Assembly (NCBI GenBank): GCA_037446215.1
Contig: JBBIJB010000062.1
Coordinates: 1 to 13,333, forward strand
Length of the DNA stretch: 13,333 nt
Direction: 5' to 3'
From: Armatimonadota bacterium
GTDB taxonomy: Bacteria > Sysuimicrobiota > Sysuimicrobiia > Sysuimicrobiales > Humicultoraceae
The notes below the pieces were generated by a model. It worked only from the letters and a program-made list of their open reading frames with translations, searched no databases and was not told the DNA's origin. Position 1 is the first letter of the stretch; the number at the start of each line of letters is the position of its first letter. The position numbers and the translations under genes were made by a program. This document shows, piece after piece, positions 7,901 through 13,333 of this stretch.

Positions 7901-9336
7901 GACAGCCCGCTGGGGGTCCTGAGCAGGGCAACCGCCCCGTCCAGCCGCCCGGCCACCCGGGGCAAAGACGCGCCCGACGCCGCCGCCACCGTCGCGGCAT
8001 CGGCATCGTCGAACCTCAGGGTGAGGAACTGGTGGCCCGCGGCCAGGCTTCCCCAGGCGCTGCCCGAGAGTGTCGCCCCCTCGAGTTGACCACTGAATCT
8101 GTCGAGGCTGAAAGCTCCCCCCAACAGCGAGAACTCGGCGGCTATGCCCTCGAAGCCGTAGCCGTCTATGCGGCCGCGGGCGGTGGCGAGACGCCCCTCG
8201 ATCTCGGGAGACCGAAGGGAGCCCACGATGCGCACGTCTCCGGAGGCGACCCCGGCCAGCCGGTGGGCCGCGCTGGGGAAGAGGAGCCTCGCGAGCATCC
8301 TGAGGTCTACGCCCTTCGAGCGCGCCACTATGTCTCCGCTGGGCTCTCGAGCCAGGACGACCTCCCCGGCCACCTCCAGGGGCGAGCCGTTCAGTCGTCC
8401 TGTCAGGCCCTGCGAACGCAGCCGCCGGCCTAAGACGCGGAGGTCCCCGGTGACGCCGTCGACGACGATGCGCTGCGCCGGCACCGAGGCACGCCCTCCC
8501 CTCACCTTGATCAGCCCGAAGACGTCTGTGGTCGATCGGCCGGCGCGCCGGATGGTCAGGATGTGGATCGCCGCGTCGAAACGGCCGGCCGAGATGACGA
8601 ACCGCGGCGTGTTGAAGAGGTAGTGCCCCCAGGCGGCCGCGTCGCTCCCCATAACGGCGAGGTCAAGGTCCAGGATCCTGGTTGGGAGGTGGTATGCCCC
8701 GCGCACCTCCACGGGCTCCCTGGCTCCGCCCCGCTCCTCGACCGCGGCGCCCTGGAACTCGATCCTCCCGGCCGTACCGAAGTCGGCCGAGCCGGAGAGG
8801 CCGAGCAGGTGCGCTTCGAAGCTGTCCGGGGCCAGTCTGCGGTGGTCCGAGAACCTCACCACCCCGCCCTTGACGACCACGCTGCCGCGGAACGCGCCCG
8901 CCGCCTGTGGTCCCGCGGTGCGGGAGAGGAGTGAGGTCACGTTCCAGACCCCGGCGGGGTCGCGGCTCAGGGTGAGGACGGGATCTTCCAGGATGACCCG
9001 CTCGATGCCGCCTCCAACCCCGCGCCTTGACAACGCCTCCCTCGCGAGGCGCAGCAGGTCGGCGCGCAGGGTGATTCTACGCGCGACCAGCAGGGGGCTG
9101 GAGGAGCCGGGCAAATCGGCGAGCACGACGTCCTCCAGCACGAGGCCGCTGCGTAGCCCGCCATGGACGCGGGCCACCTCGACCTTGCGCCCGAGCCCCG
9201 CGGAGAGGACAACGGCGGTCAGGTCAGCGATCCGCGAGGAGAGCGACACGACGGCCCATGCCGCGGCCCCGGCCGTTACGGCCGCCGCGACAACTATCGC
9301 TATCGATGTCGTCAGTCGACGCCTGCCCGACCGCAA
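4948..9336 (-). CDS. tamB: Translocation and assembly module TamB (AsmA-like, DUF490 C-terminus)
   Basis: 1462 aa; TTG start behind AGGAGGAGAGG; N-terminal membrane anchor; many Gly-rich amphipathic beta repeats with G-T/S-x-x-x-P-x-L-x-G motifs; DUF490-like LDLRSDPDLPRAEIVGLL; ends in amphipathic strands ...WYTARF; close to an Omp85 gene. Confidence 0.9.
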   Translation of the reverse strand: MRSGRRRLTTSIAIVVAAAVTAGAAAWAVVSLSSRIADLTAVVLSAGLGRKVEVARVHGGLRSGLVLEDVVLADLPGSSSPLLVARRITLRADLLRLAREALSRRGVGGGIERVILEDPVLTLSRDPAGVWNVTSLLSRTAGPQAAGAFRGSVVVKGGVVRFSDHRRLAPDSFEAHLLGLSGSADFGTAGRIEFQGAAVEERGGAREPVEVRGAYHLPTRILDLDLAVMGSDAAAWGHYLFNTPRFVISAGRFDAAIHILTIRRAGRSTTDVFGLIKVRGGRASVPAQRIVVDGVTGDLRVLGRRLRSQGLTGRLNGSPLEVAGEVVLAREPSGDIVARSKGVDLRMLARLLFPSAAHRLAGVASGDVRIVGSLRSPEIEGRLATARGRIDGYGFEGIAAEFSLLGGAFSLDRFSGQLEGATLSGSAWGSLAAGHQFLTLRFDDADAATVAAASGASLPRVAGRLDGAVALLRTPSGLSVTGMVVASDARLAGEAFDTATATFTSSRSGLLLHDLRLRRGAAWAVAAGRLTGPGGLGLRVEAGEIDLAALPLPAGFGAPTGRVGFSGTVSGSIADPALAGEVHLFGGRLGDLPIDSARSSLRAGRSGLVLESAALRQGFSRFQISGTIPLRPSSRLALDVSLDRGSVSTLGRLLGLPEALSGTVEGRVAVGGTPARPTASGSLTVRDGAAFGQPIERAEAVFRWDGAVLAVDDSNLRTGGSLLGVAGTYDRRAGLRLSLSGSSIHLRDIAVVGGSPVGLEGRVEITGRITGRPESPSIALSAVSPDLVVNGRRFDEASVQARFEARTLRLEPLSLRAGDERYRLAGEISLAASHPINLSLTAEEGRISTLLAVGNIRPGVPVEGRISGELSAVGPIANPSARIDLRMDSGRLGDYPLLGGRVNLALREGTVSIESFEILPATGRVAATGRLNLRGESQIEVGGSDLDMDLLRSAMRLRRPLVGRLNFTTQMGGTLAAPEIGFALDVTKGGIAGATFDALIANAFYKDGLLQIQHALLVQDGHKLRAVGSLPFNPALLRFDERRPIDLRLTLADVNLGLLRLASDQIVEGRGAVEGALLIDGTVASPHLTGGIRIQDGLLRLRGVQTPIESLRLDVRFEDSTIRVAEGSARMGAGTVRLEGAARVVAHPTSGLALSISDEAPLSLRATSARVVVPPMIDLHATGTLKLRGSLADGRRPVTVEGHLLLADGAVIVSPGTGASPAASSRLAFRGLSLEAGSNLSARVGGFKLDIRPGGAVELVGTLRSPTLEGSIAAQQGTIVALGTSFDLREGTAVFSPHMGIYPTVAATAETRVGATQVFLTVRGTPPDALTLDLRSDPDLPRAEIVGLLGRQASITRLLGGDVAGAIGTELGRILFGQISLALGKAIGLSEFVVEYDFKGPLALRLGKALFPELYLTLTTTFEEKTRYLWALEYRFARQWQFSLRIDSAGFREAVLWYTARF

Positions 9337-9388
9337 GGACCTCTCCTCCTACCGGCAGAGCGCCCTTCTCGCCTGCTGGCGCGGATGC

Positions 9389-11173
9389 CTATCGCACTAC
9401 GATGGGTATCCGCTCAGACCCCTGAATCACCCAGTCGGTCCGCGCGGCGCGCAGGGCCTGCACGTCGAACTGCGTGAAGTCGGTCTGCGTGGTCGGAAGC
9501 CCGAAGGGCAGGATCCTGACCAGGATATCGGTGTTCCGACCGAAGTTCTCGAATATCGCGAGCGCGTCTTCCAGGTCGCCTATTCCCCAGGGCTCGGGCT
9601 CCGAGGAGAGTGCCCTGGCGAGCTTGGCCTCGACCGGGACCTCGGGCTCGTCGATCCCGGCCGACCGCACGACAACCACCGCCGGGCCCCTGGGGAAGTT
9701 GCCCGGGACGTGAACCTCGATGTTCCTGGTGACCCGCCTCTCGGCAAGGTGAGGTTGCATGGTCACCCGCAGGCGGAGCGTCCCGCCCGGCCTGATCTCC
9801 CGCGACTCGATCTCCACCCCCACGATCACGGCGGTCTTCCGAGCGCGCGAGATCGACGTCTCGACGGTGAGATCGAGCGGCTCCAAGCGGCGCAGCTCGT
9901 TGTAGAAAGCGAGATCGATCGCGTCGATTATCTCCAGGACGGAGGCGGTGGCGACGTCGCGCGTGCTGAAGAAGACGTTCTCACGCACGATAGGGGAGGG
10001 CAGTCCTTTTGCCCGGAGCGTGGTCCGCACCGTGGCGGTTCCCTCTCCGCCGCCCTGGCTGCGGGCCCGCTCGATGGCCGAGAGCGCCACGAGCGGCGCA
10101 AACAGCCGGGCCATGTCCCGCCGCCGGACCATCTGGGCCCCCAACTGGACCCGGTCGCCCGACTCCTCGTCGGTCACCATGACCCGGATGTTGAACAGGC
10201 GCGGCAGCTGCCCCAGGGTGCCGGCAATCGCGCCGCTCCTGTCCTGGTCGACTATCCCTATCATAGCCCCCAGGTTGCCCACCTTGAACGGGCGCGGCAT
10301 CGTGCGCACCACGGTGACGATCTCCGAGGCCGTCATGACGTACTCCACGTCGCCTAGGTTGTCCCAGGGGTGCCCGCACACCAGCACCCTGTTCCCGACG
10401 CGGACGGTCACGGTGCATATCCCCCCGAAGTCGATGTCGCCCCGGACCTGCTGTATCCCCACTGAGCTGCCCGCGGCAACCGGGGCCGCGGCGAAGTCGC
10501 CCCGACCGCCGTGGCCCTGGAGGAGCTCGTGGCCCATCGGCTTCAGCATGTCAGAGAGGATGCGGGAGGCGCGCGGCGTCAGCCCGCGCGCGAACGCGGC
10601 GACCGCGGGCGTCGCCACCGCGAGCCCGTCGGACCGCATCCGTGCCAGCAGCGCGACCTGTTGCGGGGTTGCGGCGATCGCGAACCTGTCGAACTCCCCC
10701 CCGCCGATAGCGACCGGCCGGGAAGAGCGGTAGAGCGGCATGCCCACTCCTCCGGACCGGCGCCGGTCCAGGAGCTTCAACATCTCCTCGATCGGCGTCG
10801 CCAAGGCGATGTCGCGCTTGGGCGCCTGCCAGGTGAATGAGGCGCTCAGCGCGCCGATCAACCTTCCGCCGATGTACATTGGGCTTCCGCTCATTCCGGC
10901 GGCGGTGCCGCCGGTCTGCTCGGCCAGCGGGCCGAACATCCGGAACAGGATGAGACGGTCGACTCCTACCGGTCCTCCTCCTGCCTGCAGGATGTCCACG
11001 ATCTCGAACTGGAACTCCTCGATGCGCTGGCCCTGGACCACCGTCCGCCCTACGCCGCGCATCCCCGGCCGTATCTCGGAGAGCGTCATGATCGAGGGGC
11101 CCTGCTGCGGGGCGCCGGCCACCGGGGCTGCCAGCAGGAGCACCAAGATGAGAACCCTGAGGCGACTGGCCAC
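9389..11173 (-). CDS. Exported SpoIVB peptidase S55 domain-containing serine protease
   Basis: Start reassigned to GTG at 11173 behind an AGGGAGGGAG RBS; signal peptide MASRLRVLILVLLLAAPVAGA. SpoIVB-type motifs AAGMSGSPMYIGGRLIGALS (GMSGSP at 10880-10897) and CTVT...LVCGHP (GHP at 10367-10375); beta-rich C-terminal domain. Confidence 0.88.
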   Translation of the reverse strand: MASRLRVLILVLLLAAPVAGAPQQGPSIMTLSEIRPGMRGVGRTVVQGQRIEEFQFEIVDILQAGGGPVGVDRLILFRMFGPLAEQTGGTAAGMSGSPMYIGGRLIGALSASFTWQAPKRDIALATPIEEMLKLLDRRRSGGVGMPLYRSSRPVAIGGGEFDRFAIAATPQQVALLARMRSDGLAVATPAVAAFARGLTPRASRILSDMLKPMGHELLQGHGGRGDFAAAPVAAGSSVGIQQVRGDIDFGGICTVTVRVGNRVLVCGHPWDNLGDVEYVMTASEIVTVVRTMPRPFKVGNLGAMIGIVDQDRSGAIAGTLGQLPRLFNIRVMVTDEESGDRVQLGAQMVRRRDMARLFAPLVALSAIERARSQGGGEGTATVRTTLRAKGLPSPIVRENVFFSTRDVATASVLEIIDAIDLAFYNELRRLEPLDLTVETSISRARKTAVIVGVEIESREIRPGGTLRLRVTMQPHLAERRVTRNIEVHVPGNFPRGPAVVVVRSAGIDEPEVPVEAKLARALSSEPEPWGIGDLEDALAIFENFGRNTDILVRILPFGLPTTQTDFTQFDVQALRAARTDWVIQGSERIPIVVR

Positions 11174-11210
11174 TGCGACTCCCTCCCTAACTAGCGCGGC
11201 ATAACTAACG

Positions 11211-11245
11211 CGCACAGCCGTCGGGATGATCCCGTCGCCTGTGCG
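11211..11245 (-). terminator. Imperfect 14-bp hairpin, possible terminator/attenuator or mRNA-stabilising stem
   Basis: cgcacag-c-cg-t-cggga-tga-tcccg-t-cg-c-ctgtgcg; on the minus strand it is followed by CGUUAGUUAU. Confidence 0.5.
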
Positions 11246-11276
11246 TGAGCCCGATAGAGCGTGTTCGTACCTGTAC

Positions 11277-11588
11277 CTACCTGGGTTCCAGGCGGACCAC
11301 AACCGTCCCAAGCTCTCTGATGACCGTGCCCGCCGAAACCAGGACCTCCAGGACGCGGCCGTCCACGGTGGCCCTGGCGGCAACCGCGCGGCCGGTCGCG
11401 GTCCGTACGTAGAGGAGCGGCTCGCCCTCGGCCACGCCGTCACCCGGCTTGACGAGCCCCTCGGCCAGGACCTCTCCCATCAGGGTGGCCTTCACTTCTA
11501 CCGGCTGTCTGGGCGCCGCGAGGGAAGAGGCGGCGGCGAAAGCGACGGCCGCTGCCACAAGAATCGCAACCGGAACCCGCAGGCGCAC
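11277..11588 (-). CDS. Small exported biotinyl/lipoyl-like (barrel-sandwich hybrid) domain protein lacking the attachment lysine
   Basis: Start reassigned to GTG at 11588 behind a GGAGGAGAGG RBS (ORF track starts at 11642). Signal peptide MRLRVPVAILVAAAVAFAAASSLA; the pattern G-V-x-x-x-L-VKPGDGVAEGEPLLYV...ATVDGRVLEVLVSAG matches the lipoyl/biotinyl fold. Confidence 0.75.
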   Translation of the reverse strand: MRLRVPVAILVAAAVAFAAASSLAAPRQPVEVKATLMGEVLAEGLVKPGDGVAEGEPLLYVRTATGRAVAARATVDGRVLEVLVSAGTVIRELGTVVVRLEPR

Positions 11589-11654
11589 GGCTACCTCTCC
11601 TCCCTCGGCCCCGCCGGCGGCAGCACCGCGGCGCCGGGCCACTCCTGTCCACTA

Positions 11655-11663
11655 ATTATACCA
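11655..11663 (-). promoter_or_regulatory. Extended -10 housekeeping sigma promoter element (TGnTATAAT)
   Basis: Minus strand reads GGATGGTATAATTAG in the intergenic gap after wecB, a perfect TGnTATAAT in otherwise GC-rich DNA. No clear -35 element. Confidence 0.7.
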
Positions 11664-11695
11664 TCCGTAGAGGCAGGGCGCGCTTTCGGCGCTGC

Positions 11696-12859
11696 TCAGG
11701 GGGCGAACTCCCCAGGCCGCTCCTGCGGGAACCCGAGGAAGCGGGCGACCTCCGCCGCGATCCTCGAGGCGGCGTGCCCGTCCCCGTAGGGGCTGCGGGC
11801 GGTGGCCATCGCCGCGTGGGCCGCTGGGTCCCGGAGGAGGCGCGCGGCTCGCTCGACGATCCTCTCCCGCGACGTTCCGACCACCTCGACCACGCCCGCC
11901 TCGACTCCCTCAGGCCGCTCGGTGACCTCTCGCAGGACCAGCACCGGCACCCCGAGGGAGGGAGCCTCCTCCTGGACGCCTCCTGAGTCAGTGAGGATGA
12001 TGTGCGCCGCCGCCATCAGACGGACGAAGGGCCCGTAGTCAGGGGGGTCTATCAGGTGCGCCCTGGCGTGCCCTCCGAGGACCTCCTCGGCCACGCCGCG
12101 CACGGCCGGGTTGGGGTGGACCGAGAAGACCACGACGGTGTCGGGAAACCTCTCAAGCAGGTCGCGCAGCGCCAGATAGACCTGCCGGAGGGGTTCGCCC
12201 CAGCTCTCCCTTCGGTGGGTGGTGACCACCAGGAGGCGCCGACCCTCCAGAGGGGGCAAGCCTGCGGGCAGCCCCACCTCGGGCCTGCCCGCGACGTCGA
12301 GCAGCGCGTCGATTACCGTGTTTCCGGTCACGAGGACCCTATCGGCGGGCACGCCTTCCCCCAGCAGGTTGTCCCTGGCGCCGGGCGTGGGCGGGAAGTG
12401 CAGGTCGGCCAGCACCGAGGTGAGGCGCCGGTTGATCTCCTCGGGGAAGGGCCGATACCTGTCGTGTGTGCGCAGCCCGGCCTCCACGTGGCCGACCGGG
12501 ATCCGGAAGTAGAAGGCCGACAGAGCGCCGAGCATCGTGGAGAGGGCGTCTCCCTGGACCAGGACCATCGCGGGGTGCATCTCCGAGAGCACTGGGGCAA
12601 GCCCGGAGAGCGCCCTCGTGGAGATGTCGAACAGTGACTGCTCGTGCAGCATTATGTCCAGGTCGCGGTCCGGGGTGATCGCGAAGAGCCGCAGCACCTG
12701 GTCCAGCATCTCGCGGTGCTGGCCTGTAACGACGATCTGGGGCCGGAGATACGGACTCTCCCTCAGGCGCGCCGCCACCGGGGCCATCTTGACGGCCTCC
12801 GGCCGGGTGCCGAATATCAGCATGATCGGAGCGCGGGGATCCGCCCCGGGGCCGCTCAC
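11696..12859 (-). CDS. wecB: UDP-N-acetylglucosamine 2-epimerase (non-hydrolysing)
   Basis: Motifs IFGTRPEAVKMAP, TGQHREML, VQGD, GHVEAGLRT, PFPEEINR, TGNTVIDAL, TDSGGVQEEAPSLG, TERPEG, PYGDGHA. The GTG start overlaps the upstream stop (GTGA, 12856-12859). Confidence 0.97.
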   Translation of the reverse strand: MSGPGADPRAPIMLIFGTRPEAVKMAPVAARLRESPYLRPQIVVTGQHREMLDQVLRLFAITPDRDLDIMLHEQSLFDISTRALSGLAPVLSEMHPAMVLVQGDALSTMLGALSAFYFRIPVGHVEAGLRTHDRYRPFPEEINRRLTSVLADLHFPPTPGARDNLLGEGVPADRVLVTGNTVIDALLDVAGRPEVGLPAGLPPLEGRRLLVVTTHRRESWGEPLRQVYLALRDLLERFPDTVVVFSVHPNPAVRGVAEEVLGGHARAHLIDPPDYGPFVRLMAAAHIILTDSGGVQEEAPSLGVPVLVLREVTERPEGVEAGVVEVVGTSRERIVERAARLLRDPAAHAAMATARSPYGDGHAASRIAAEVARFLGFPQERPGEFAP

Positions 12860-13333
12860 CTCGGCAGCAGCCCCATCCGCCTGGCCGTCACCAGGAGCAC
12901 CCCGGCGATCACGCCTAGCGTCCAGATCGACGCGGAGCGGTTCACACCGGCGAGCGCCAGTGCCCCGAACCCGAGCAGGGCGCTGATCATGTAGAGGATG
13001 AAGACGGTCTGCCGCTGCGTGAGGCCCCTGTCGAGGAGCCTGTGGTGGAGGTGCCCTCGATCGGGAAGGAAGATGGCACGACCGCTCCTGAACCGCCTGA
13101 GTATGGCGAACGCCGTATCGGCTATCGGCACTCCCAGCGCGAGGATCGGCACCGCGAGCGATATCATCGTGTAGGACTTGTAGAGGCCCATGACCGAGAG
13201 TCCCCCCAGCACGTAGCCGAGGAACATCGATCCGGAGTCGCCCATGAAGATGCGCGCGGGGTTGAAGTTGTGGCGCAGGAACCCGAGCGCGCTCCCCACC
13301 AGCGCCGCGGCGAGGAGCACCGCGGCCGCGTCG
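12856..13333 (-). CDS. tagO: MraY/WecA/TagO family (glycosyltransferase family 4) undecaprenyl-phosphate GlcNAc-1-phosphate transferase, C-terminal part; 5' end lies outside the window
   Basis: Hydrophobic multi-pass protein with the family motifs HNFNPARIFMGDSGSMFLG and DRGHLHHRLL. The frame stays open to the window edge and the gene is directly upstream of wecB. Confidence 0.92.
   Translation of the reverse strand, partial: DAAAVLLAAALVGSALGFLRHNFNPARIFMGDSGSMFLGYVLGGLSVMGLYKSYTMISLAVPILALGVPIADTAFAILRRFRSGRAIFLPDRGHLHHRLLDRGLTQRQTVFILYMISALLGFGALALAGVNRSASIWTLGVIAGVLLVTARRMGLLPR

Noticed and set aside
9345..9380. Small stem (GCAG-GCG...CGC-T-CTGC) upstream of tamB
   Set aside because: Short, bulged and without a U tract; expected by chance at this GC content.
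8870..10357. 495-aa plus-strand ORF and the many other plus-strand ORFs
   Set aside because: They are antisense shadows of well-supported minus-strand genes in GC-rich DNA, with no recognisable motifs or RBS.
4186..11173. Interpretation as a sporulation locus
   Set aside because: No other spo genes are present, the protease architecture differs from true SpoIVB, and the context is outer-membrane biogenesis.
11174..11443. 90-aa N-terminal extension of the protease in the ORF track
   Set aside because: It overlaps the upstream gene and a hairpin; a strong SD and signal peptide support the start at 11173.
11277..11642. Annotation as accB/BCCP or glycine cleavage H protein
   Set aside because: No MKM or other attachment lysine, a signal peptide is present, and there are no carboxylase genes nearby.

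Overview
GC-rich (~70% by eye) bacterial window in which all credible genes lie on the minus strand. In transcription order: tagO/wecA-type MraY-family transferase (partial), wecB, an exported lysine-less biotinyl/lipoyl-like protein, an exported SpoIVB/S55-type serine peptidase, TamB, a group-3-like sigma-70 factor, a single-pass membrane protein, BamA/Omp85 with 3 POTRA domains, an uncharacterised POTRA-like repeat plus small beta-barrel protein, and the first 10 codons of another gene. The content resembles the outer-membrane biogenesis cluster of diderm Terrabacteria (Negativicutes/Limnochordia/Armatimonadota-like); that placement is an inference. The most interesting hypotheses are (i) a protease / membrane anti-sigma / sigma envelope-signalling module embedded between tamB and bamA, (ii) a non-canonical 3xPOTRA-like + ~10-strand barrel protein, (iii) reversed catalytic-motif order in the SpoIVB-like protease, and (iv) a structured bamA leader that sequesters its RBS. 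No RNA genes, CRISPR arrays or mobile elements were seen.
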